Both the position numbers and the translations under genes were made by a program. A DNA stretch of 64,000 nucleotides from an uncultured Candidatus Saccharibacteria bacterium (lineage in GTDB: Bacteria; Patescibacteriota; Minisyncoccia; 2-02-FULL-40-12; GWA2-44-9), in NCBI GenBank assembly GCA_964479835.1, contig CAYZRE010000002.1:24987-88986 (forward strand), read 5' to 3'. Position 1 is the first letter of the stretch; each line of letters opens with the position of its first letter. Below are positions 57,536 through 64,000 of this stretch, in pieces. The notes below the pieces were generated by a model. It saw only the letters and a list, made by a program, of their open reading frames with translations. It searched no databases and was not told the origin of the DNA.

Positions 57536-59208
57536 GACACGGTTGCGCGGATACGCCGGACGCCGGCGGATACAGCCTCTTCTTTGGTTATCTTAAACTT
57601 CCCTATCACGCCAGTGCGCTCAACATGCGGTCCACCGCAAAATTCTTTGGAAAAATCCCCTACGGAATACACGTCCACCATATCGGGATATTTTATCTTG
57701 AAGAAGTGCAGAGCTCCGGTTTTGTGAGCCTCATCTTTCGGAAGGGTCTTTTTCTCAACCGTTATATCTTTTTGGACAACTTCGTTGACGAGTTTTTCTG
57801 TTTCCTGAACTTCCTCCGGCGTCATCTTGCGGGGAAAGCTGAAATCAAAGCGCAAGCGCTCGGTGGTGATATCAGAACCCGCTTGTGTTACTTCGTCTCC
57901 TAATACTTTGCGCAGAGCTGCCTGCAACAAGTGCGTAGCCGTATGGAGTCGCGTTACTTTCTGAAGCTCCTCCGCATCCGCAGCTTTCAACTCGCCGTTA
58001 TCGAAGAAGAGCCCGTGTCCTCCGAATTTCTTCTCCGACCCAGCGCGCGATTTTGCCTGATGTTCTTTAAACTTCTCGTCGAACGCTTCACGGGTCAGTG
58101 GTGTTGCTTTTTCGCCGGCTAAATCTTTTATGACCTCAAAGGGCAACCCAAAGCTCTCATAGAGCTTGAACGCAGTGTCGGCATCGATGATGGAGAGGCG
58201 ATCTAACTCCCGCTGTCCTTGTGCGAGAGTTTTTTCAAATTTTTCCGCCTCTGCTTTGACCACCGGAAATATCGTATCCCGGGAAAGCTCGGGGTAGATA
58301 TTCTGGTACGCATCAATCACAAGGCCAATCCGAATAAAAACTTCATTACTGAAACTTCGCAGGTGAACGATCATTCTCCGCACTAGCCGTCGGAGGACAT
58401 ATCCCTGGTCTTTATTCGACGGACGGACACCACCGGAAATCATAAAGGCACATGCTCGTGCATGGTCGGCGATAATCCGCTTTGTTGTATCAGCAATAGA
58501 ATCGGGCAGGCCCGCGGTGATAGACCCGAACAAATCGGTCTCAAATATATTTTTCTTCTTCTGCACTACCATCGCGAGGCGCTCCAGTCCCATGCCGGTA
58601 TCGATGCCCGGGATTTTGAGGGGCTCCAGGGATTTATCTTTTTTCTGGAAGTACTGGTTGAACACCACATTCCAGATTTCAAGACCGTCTACATAGATTT
58701 CCGTGGTTGGTCCGCAGGGACCTTCATCTCCTGTCGGCCCCCAGAAATTATCTGCCCGACCGGACTTCTTGATGGTGATATCCGGTGCAACGGTCTTCCA
58801 GATTTCTTCGGACTGGGTATCAGCCGGCACATCGCCATCGCCGCCGAATACAGTCACATAGTCAATCTTCAAGTCCATCTCCTTGGTGATAAAATCGTAT
58901 GCGTATTGGATTGCTTCTTGCTTGAAGTACCCGCCGAAAGAAAAGTTGCCGAGCATCTCAAAGAATGTCAGATGGCTCTCATCCCCCACCTCATCGATAT
59001 CGGATGTGCGAATGCATTTTTGGATGGAAGCGACACTTTGCGCAGGGGCGAGCTTGGGATTTGTGTAGTACGGCTTAAACTGTTGCATACCGGCCGTGGT
59101 GAACAACACCGACGGGTCGTCGGGCAATAACGGTGAGGAGTCCACCCAGAGGTGTTCCTTAGATTCCATGAATTTTCGAAACTTTTCGCGTATCTCCTGA
59201 TGAGTCAT
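57532..59208 (-). CDS. alaS: Alanine--tRNA ligase (compact, no C-Ala domain)
   Basis: LFTTAGMQ.FK, FFEMLGNFSFG, GPCGP, IDTGMGLER, HTATHLL, EFCGGPH. Confidence 0.96.
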   Translation of the reverse strand: MTHQEIREKFRKFMESKEHLWVDSSPLLPDDPSVLFTTAGMQQFKPYYTNPKLAPAQSVASIQKCIRTSDIDEVGDESHLTFFEMLGNFSFGGYFKQEAIQYAYDFITKEMDLKIDYVTVFGGDGDVPADTQSEEIWKTVAPDITIKKSGRADNFWGPTGDEGPCGPTTEIYVDGLEIWNVVFNQYFQKKDKSLEPLKIPGIDTGMGLERLAMVVQKKKNIFETDLFGSITAGLPDSIADTTKRIIADHARACAFMISGGVRPSNKDQGYVLRRLVRRMIVHLRSFSNEVFIRIGLVIDAYQNIYPELSRDTIFPVVKAEAEKFEKTLAQGQRELDRLSIIDADTAFKLYESFGLPFEVIKDLAGEKATPLTREAFDEKFKEHQAKSRAGSEKKFGGHGLFFDNGELKAADAEELQKVTRLHTATHLLQAALRKVLGDEVTQAGSDITTERLRFDFSFPRKMTPEEVQETEKLVNEVVQKDITVEKKTLPKDEAHKTGALHFFKIKYPDMVDVYSVGDFSKEFCGGPHVERTGVIGKFKITKEEAVSAGVRRIRATVS

Positions 59209-59303
59209 TGCGTCTCAAATTAGCATATTAGGGGCAATATTGAAATCCTCGACAGGACGCCGCAACGGCGAAAAAAAGACCTTCTGCGGACGAACGCGGA
59301 AGG

Positions 59304-59798
59304 TCAGAGCCATGCCACCCAGATTTCTGCCGCGAGCGCCCAGACGCCAATGCACTCCAGTGCGTCGCCGACGCTGACGCACCAGTTACCCTCCGGAATG
59401 ACAGTCGTAGGAAAGATGTCGCACAGCCACCGCAATCTCGTGAACTTGTTGCTGGGCGCGTAGTAGCAGGCATTGGACTCTTCGTCGCCGATATACGGCA
59501 TGCACTGACCGTTGGTCATGACAACTGCCGTGTTGGCAATCATGCCGCCTGCGATGAGGTAGAGGCCGGCATGTCCAAAGACCACGGCCGCTGCGATGCT
59601 CAACATGCACTGCATCATGATAGTGCACCCGAACACATCACGAGCTCCCTGCTCACTGAACTGTATCGGCGCCTTATGCTGAATCCAGAAGTAGATGAGC
59701 ATCACTGCCGCCCAACCCAGGAGGAGCCAGCTTTCGGTAACCGCCATTGCGATGAGAGCCCCGAGAACGCCCAACCGTAAAAGGACTTCAAAGTACAC
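59304..59798 (-). CDS. DUF5317-like membrane protein (SD-led cassette)
   Basis: N..V...NG..MP, T.L..L.D, SVGD; TTGACG promoter, SD GAGGAGGTG, terminator at about 59271-59305. Confidence 0.65.
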   Translation of the reverse strand: MYFEVLLRLGVLGALIAMAVTESWLLLGWAAVMLIYFWIQHKAPIQFSEQGARDVFGCTIMMQCMLSIAAAVVFGHAGLYLIAGGMIANTAVVMTNGQCMPYIGDEESNACYYAPSNKFTRLRWLCDIFPTTVIPEGNWCVSVGDALECIGVWALAAEIWVAWL

Positions 59799-59831
59799 GG
59801 TGCACCTCCTCGGCGTGTTGTACCACAGATA

Positions 59832-59948
59832 TTACACGGTCGTCAATCGCGATACCCAACGGATGACGATGACGCAGAGTGCGACGGGCAAACTGAATAC
59901 GAATATCCAGAAGAATACAAACTTTTTTTCATCGCCGGAAAGGGCCAT
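59832..59948 (-). CDS. Possible 38-aa single-TM microprotein
   Basis: Hand translation MALSGDEKKFVFFWIFVFSLPVALCVIVIRWVSRLTTV, starting 1 nt after the upstream stop. Confidence 0.4.
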   Translation of the reverse strand: MALSGDEKKFVFFWIFVFSLPVALCVIVIRWVSRLTTV

Positions 59949-59949
59949 A

Positions 59950-60414
59950 TCAGCGGATATACCAATCATACGGCGTGATACCGAAGGTTGTCTGTCCGCT
60001 CGTTACGGTCACCGGGATTTTCGTGTGGTCCGTACATTCGATATTCAGTCCGCACATCACATACTGGGTGTAGTATGCGCGGTAATCGCCCATATCACTC
60101 CCCATCTCCGACGGGTCCTTCACACGGGCAGATATATAGTACTTTCCGGCCGGTACTTCGATGCTCCACGAGGGGGACAGCAGTTCGTTGTCACCTGCGG
60201 GAGTTTCTGTGCAGTATTCTGAACCGCCATCGACCGGCTCGGCACAGACGATTTGTACCGGTATGTACTCACTCGGGTAGTTTGTCGTCCCTTCGATACT
60301 GCCCGGCATGGCCGTTGCATCCTTCGGAGGCGCAAGAAAATACCATGCTCCGGCGGCAAGGGCTACAAGCACGAGGACTGCTACGAGCGAATAGGTGAAT
60401 ATGCGTGAGGTCAT
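59950..60414 (-). CDS. TM-anchored extracellular hypothetical protein
   Basis: N-terminal TM, YPSE.IP...VCA, VP.G.Y, four Cys. Confidence 0.7.
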   Translation of the reverse strand: MTSRIFTYSLVAVLVLVALAAGAWYFLAPPKDATAMPGSIEGTTNYPSEYIPVQIVCAEPVDGGSEYCTETPAGDNELLSPSWSIEVPAGKYYISARVKDPSEMGSDMGDYRAYYTQYVMCGLNIECTDHTKIPVTVTSGQTTFGITPYDWYIR

Positions 60415-60442
60415 TGCGGATGTGTCAGAATTCTGTTATAAT
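60414..60442 (+). promoter_or_regulatory. tRNA-His promoter
   Basis: TTGCGG-N17-TATAAT with extended TG. Confidence 0.8.
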
Positions 60443-60466
60443 TTCTCCGTCCTTGCAAGTGGATAT

Positions 60467-60538
60467 GGGACCTATGGTGAAATGGTATCACAACACTCTG
60501 TGGCAGTGTGGTCACGGGTTCGATCCCCGTTAGGTCCC
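60467..60538 (+). tRNA. tRNA-His (GUG)
   Basis: Cloverleaf with 8-bp acceptor stem (G-1:C73), D stem GTGA/TCAC, anticodon arm ACACT-CTGTGGC-AGTGT, T arm ACGGG-TTCGATC-CCCGT; full CCA not encoded. Confidence 0.96.
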
Positions 60539-60541
60539 CAA

Positions 60542-60580
60542 ATACTAAAGCACCCCCGCCTGCCGAGGGTGCTTTAGTAT
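60542..60580 (+). terminator. Hairpin after tRNA-His
   Basis: ATACTAAAGCACCC...GGGTGCTTTAGTAT 14-bp stem. Confidence 0.65.
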
Positions 60581-60593
60581 CCTGGAGATGCTG

Positions 60594-60706
60594 AACGGGG
60601 ATCGAACCGCCGGAGTGATGTGCCGACAACAGTCGGCACCACGAGGCGGGGCCCCGAATGCAAAGTCGGTCGACGGACCGACTTTGACATGAGGGCGAGA
60701 CCCGTA
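60594..60706 (+). other. Structured element with a 15-nt antisense match to the tRNA-His T arm
   Basis: AACGGGGATCGAACC is the reverse complement of 60517-60531; two long hairpin arms follow. Confidence 0.65.
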
Positions 60707-60710
60707 CATT

Positions 60711-60737
60711 TAAACGGCTCACCGAATGAGCCGTTTA
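60711..60737. repeat. Palindrome copy 6
   Basis: TAAACGGCTCA-CCGAA-TGAGCCGTTTA. Confidence 0.9.
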
Positions 60738-60827
60738 GTACCCGCCCCCTGCCGCGCCGTGCAACAGGTAGAACCAAATCGCCAGCGCAATGGCGACTCC
60801 AATGAGAATATATACGATTTTCTTCAT
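60735..60827 (-). CDS. 30-aa single-TM microprotein
   Basis: MKKIVYILIGVAIALAIWFYLLHGAAGGGY; its TAA is the start of the palindrome. Confidence 0.5.
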   Translation of the reverse strand: MKKIVYILIGVAIALAIWFYLLHGAAGGGY

Positions 60828-60893
60828 ATAGATAGCGTACTCCCCCGCTGATGATATGAAAAGACCCCCGCAAAGACGCGGGGGCCGAGGGCA

Positions 60894-61184
60894 TTAGGCA
60901 TACATGCGAGACAGTGCTGCACGGCCCGCATCGGTAATCTCGAAGAAGTCGCCGTAGCCGTCAGATGCTCCGATACGCTGGGCATAACCGGCTGCCAACA
61001 ACAGTATTCCCGCGGCTCGACGCACATACTGTCCGGGGTCAACTCGTACGCGGTTCTGCTTAGCGATAAGTCCCAGCAGGGTCAGCACCTCACTGTTGAA
61101 CTCCCTGACACGCTGGTCACCGATGAGCTTGCCCAGCGTAGGATCAAACACCTCGCCGTAGGTTGTTCTCCCGTTCACCATCAC
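60894..61184 (-). CDS. Orphan hypothetical protein (SD-led cassette)
   Basis: Extended -10 TGATACTAT, SD GGAGGTG, C-terminal ITDAGRAAL (wHTH-wing-like), hairpin at about 60859-60884. Confidence 0.6.
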   Translation of the reverse strand: MMVNGRTTYGEVFDPTLGKLIGDQRVREFNSEVLTLLGLIAKQNRVRVDPGQYVRRAAGILLLAAGYAQRIGASDGYGDFFEITDAGRAALSRMYA

Positions 61185-61205
61185 ACACCTCCGCTGCGGA
61201 TAGTA

Positions 61206-62051
61206 TCACCTTACCCATCGCGCGAACACACCCGTTGAGAGCTGACGCCCGGAGCGTTGGCGGAGACATAGTTGGCCGGCTTCTAAGGTACCGGCGCGGC
61301 CTTTCATCGCGTCTTCGAGCAGATTGCGGATTGCTAACTCTGAAGTGTTCGTTGCGTACGCGTTGATAAGAAGGAAACGCGCATCGGGCGAAAGCAGTTG
61401 TACGCAATCGTTCAGAAGTTTCGGCATCTGCTCATTGAATTTCCAAATCTTGCCCGTCGGTCCGTGACCGAACGCGGGAGGGTCCATGATGATACCGTCG
61501 TACTGCGCGCCACGTTTTACTTCTTTGTGTACGAAAATCGCAGCGTCTTCGAGCATCCAGCGGATGGAATCGGCTGCGAGACCGTTGATTTCCTGATTCT
61601 CTTTTGCCCACCCGATGGCCGGACGCGAAGCATCAACATGCGTGACAAACGCACCGCGTTTAGTGAGCCATACCGACGAGGCGCCCGTGTACGCAAACAG
61701 GTTGAGCACCTTCGGTTCCTCTGCGCCGGTGAGCTTGTCGCTCATCAGTTCCCAGTTTGCCGCCTGCTCGGGGAAAATACCGGTATGTTTAAAATTCATC
61801 GGACGGGCACGCAACACCATATCATTGAACCGCAAGTCCCAATGTTCGGGGAGCTCTGTGCGCATGCGCCATTTGTCGTCTCGAAATATGGCATCGGCTT
61901 TGTCCCATAGTTCGGCCGGCTCACTGCGTTTCCAAATGACCTGCGGATCGGGACGGGAGAGCACAAAGTCGCCCCAACGCTCAAGACGGTAATCATCACC
62001 CGAATCTATGAGCTCAAAATCCTTGAATTGCTCCGCTCCATTGAGATACAT
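61206..62051 (-). CDS. SAM-dependent methyltransferase (RlmI/RlmK-like)
   Basis: LIDSG...RLE.WG, FKHTGIFPEQ, VLNLFAYTG, DPP.FG.G. Confidence 0.88.
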   Translation of the reverse strand: MYLNGAEQFKDFELIDSGDDYRLERWGDFVLSRPDPQVIWKRSEPAELWDKADAIFRDDKWRMRTELPEHWDLRFNDMVLRARPMNFKHTGIFPEQAANWELMSDKLTGAEEPKVLNLFAYTGASSVWLTKRGAFVTHVDASRPAIGWAKENQEINGLAADSIRWMLEDAAIFVHKEVKRGAQYDGIIMDPPAFGHGPTGKIWKFNEQMPKLLNDCVQLLSPDARFLLINAYATNTSELAIRNLLEDAMKGRAGTLEAGQLCLRQRSGRQLSTGVFARWVR

Positions 62052-62133
62052 ATTATTATTGTAGCTCAAAATCGCTAAAGCGTCACTGACGCTGCGATAA
62101 GAAAACCCGCCCTTGTACGAGGGCGGGACACGG

Positions 62134-62883
62134 TCAGAGCGATGCGTAGGCCGTCCGGAGATATCGGGCGACTTTGTCGTTATCGAGCACATCGTCGGTT
62201 CGGACGCCGCCTTCAGCGTCGATACCGATTTCGGGTACCTTCAGACGGATGGGCGCGAGCAGGGATTCCAGATTGTCAGCGTCCAGACCACCGGCAACAA
62301 CGAGTGAGAACCCGGCACCGGACCTTAGACGCTCATGGTCCAATGCGACCAGGTATGCTGTCGCTTCGGCCGGATCCAACGGGATGCCTCGGCCTCCGGA
62401 TGCGTCCACGAGGACATAGTCGGCCGTACCGCCGTAATCCTTGCACACGCGCTTAGCAACCTGTTCCGGATTGTTCTCACAGGCCTGCATGGCTCCCCGG
62501 TTGATCTGTATCACGATGTTCGTGTGCTTCGCGCTTCTGCGGAGCCCCCTGACAACCTGCGGGTCAGGCCAGACGATGTTGAGCTGAAGACCGTCACAGC
62601 TTGGTCCGCCCCACTTGAGAGCGCTCCAGAGCTGAGCTGCCAGCTCGGTCTGATCGGACGTGTTGTAGTGAACAAGATTCAACGCGAACAGATTGCTCAC
62701 GAAGATACCCGCGATGTCTTCGCGCTTCGGGTACCGCTTCGGATTACCTGCCGGCAGACCTCGGATGGTCTTGTGGGAAGCCAGTACACCGATCATGCAC
62801 GGGCGGTCCATAAGAGCCGGGGGTATCAAAAGAGCTGTCCGAACCTGGCGCTGGTCGGTGTAACCGGTTACCCCGATATACAT
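62134..62883 (-). CDS. TrpF-like TIM-barrel protein (SD-led cassette)
   Basis: LQLN, L.DASGG.G, VAGGL...N, IDAEGGVR; terminator at about 62102-62128. Confidence 0.65.
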   Translation of the reverse strand: MYIGVTGYTDQRQVRTALLIPPALMDRPCMIGVLASHKTIRGLPAGNPKRYPKREDIAGIFVSNLFALNLVHYNTSDQTELAAQLWSALKWGGPSCDGLQLNIVWPDPQVVRGLRRSAKHTNIVIQINRGAMQACENNPEQVAKRVCKDYGGTADYVLVDASGGRGIPLDPAEATAYLVALDHERLRSGAGFSLVVAGGLDADNLESLLAPIRLKVPEIGIDAEGGVRTDDVLDNDKVARYLRTAYASL

Positions 62884-62912
62884 GACTCACCTCTGTTCTA
62901 ATTGTACCATAC

Positions 62913-64000
62913 TTATGGCTTTGTGTCTATACTGTCGGTGATGTTCAACGCAGTAAGGAATGCGGCATTCGATGGCTCGCGCTGAAGAAATTCTTTTATC
63001 AACTCCATCTCGGGCTTACTCGAGCCCGGTTCCAACACCGCAGTGCGATAGCGTCGTCCGACCGCCCTGTCCAGCGGATGAGGTTTAAACAGTGAGTACA
63101 TATCCAATGCGTACACCTTGCTCCACAAATAGCTGTAGTACCCCGCGTCGTAATCGCTCATGTGCGACCAGCCGGCGGCCATGATTGCGTCGTCGGGCAA
63201 GTCGATGGCCTCGTACTGTAGTTTCATATCGCGGTACATCTGTGCTAGATGGGCGGGCAGGACTGCCGTGTCCGACGGTAGCGTGTGCATACGCACATCA
63301 TAGAGCGCACGAACTGCCTGCTGGAGATGATAGTTTGCATCCATGTGATGTCGCGCGGCCAGGAGCTTCGTTATCAGCTCGTCAGGCAACTGCTTGCCGG
63401 TGCGGTAGTGCTTGCTGATGCGTTTGAGCACCACCGTTTCCCACGCCCATTCTTCAAACAACTGACTTGGCATCTCGACAAAATCCAGCGGCACGCCAAA
63501 CCCATTCTGCCGTTGCCATCGGCCGCCCGACAACAGCGCATGACAGACATGACCGAACTCGTGAAACAGCGTCTCTACTTCGTCATGTGCCAACAATGAT
63601 GGGTCAACGGGCGTCGGTTTTGGAAAGTTGCACACCAGAGCGGTCAATCCGGTTGTGGTCGAGCCATCTTCTTCCTGTCGTCCCAATACCAGAGGGTGTG
63701 TCGCGGCGTGTCCGTATTTCCCCTTTCGTGGATGCAGGTCTAATGCAAAATGTCCGATAACACGAGTGCCGTCTTTTACTTCATAGAGCTGTGCATCTTC
63801 ATGCCACAACGGGGCATGAGGTACCGGAAAAAATTGTACTCCGAGCACTTCCTGATAGACATCGAGCATCCCCTGCATCACAACCGCCAGCGGGAAATAT
63901 TCTTTGACCTGCTCGCTGTCGATATCGTGGCGCTCCTTGAGAAGTCGATATCCCCAATAGGTCATCTCGTAAAAATGGATAGGCGCGCGCTTCTCCAACC
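62913..64000 (-). CDS. M3 family oligopeptidase (5' partial)
   Basis: LDLHPR.GK, TLFHEFGH, DFVE.PSQ..E.W, YYSYLW. Confidence 0.93.
   Translation of the reverse strand, partial: LEKRAPIHFYEMTYWGYRLLKERHDIDSEQVKEYFPLAVVMQGMLDVYQEVLGVQFFPVPHAPLWHEDAQLYEVKDGTRVIGHFALDLHPRKGKYGHAATHPLVLGRQEEDGSTTTGLTALVCNFPKPTPVDPSLLAHDEVETLFHEFGHVCHALLSGGRWQRQNGFGVPLDFVEMPSQLFEEWAWETVVLKRISKHYRTGKQLPDELITKLLAARHHMDANYHLQQAVRALYDVRMHTLPSDTAVLPAHLAQMYRDMKLQYEAIDLPDDAIMAAGWSHMSDYDAGYYSYLWSKVYALDMYSLFKPHPLDRAVGRRYRTAVLEPGSSKPEMELIKEFLQREPSNAAFLTALNITDSIDTKP

Noticed and set aside
57532-59208. alaS as a pseudogene because it is short
   Set aside because: Continuous ORF with intact catalytic and editing motifs, coupled to the next gene
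60583-60608. Second tRNA or attR duplication
   Set aside because: The match to tRNA-His is inverted rather than direct, and no cloverleaf forms on the minus strand
8930-60737. CRISPR array made of the palindromic repeats
   Set aside because: Copies are hundreds to thousands of bases apart without regular spacers, and there is no cas operon

Overview
Chromosomal segment of a small-genome bacterium, very likely CPR/Patescibacteria (Parcubacteria-like; inferred from the short AlaRS, L13 and RpoA, EF-P with a KMQQRRP loop, the baseplate-J-like membrane protein and the lack of SD motifs on core genes). Core content: cysS, an NRAMP transporter, the CIRCE-controlled hrcA-grpE-dnaK-x-dnaJ operon, efp, fmt, def, priA, gltX, rpmA, rplI, an S41 protease, a glycosyltransferase/LCP/O-antigen-ligase cluster, mreB, pilT, infA-rpmJ-rpsM-rpsK-rpsD-rpoA-rplQ-rplM-rpsI, dus, alaS and tRNA-His. 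A minus-strand accessory array (35-48 kb) ends in an AT-rich island with a type IIG-like R-M enzyme and a three-gene operon of two small, apparently paralogous proteins plus a caspase/CHAT-like protease, which is the best candidate for an undescribed system. Other main observations: (1) two expression regimes, with SD-less or leaderless core genes versus about 15 SD-led orphan cassettes that mostly carry their own promoter and terminator; (2) a dispersed AAACGGCTCA-N4/5-TGAGCCGTTT palindrome fused to stop codons and to a repeated TTGCGG-N17 promoter; (3) a family of 95-165 nt structured intergenic elements; (4) an element antisense to tRNA-His just downstream of it; (5) a probable replication terminus/dif region near 17.4 kb. 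All calls come from reading the sequence by eye; no searches or computations were run.
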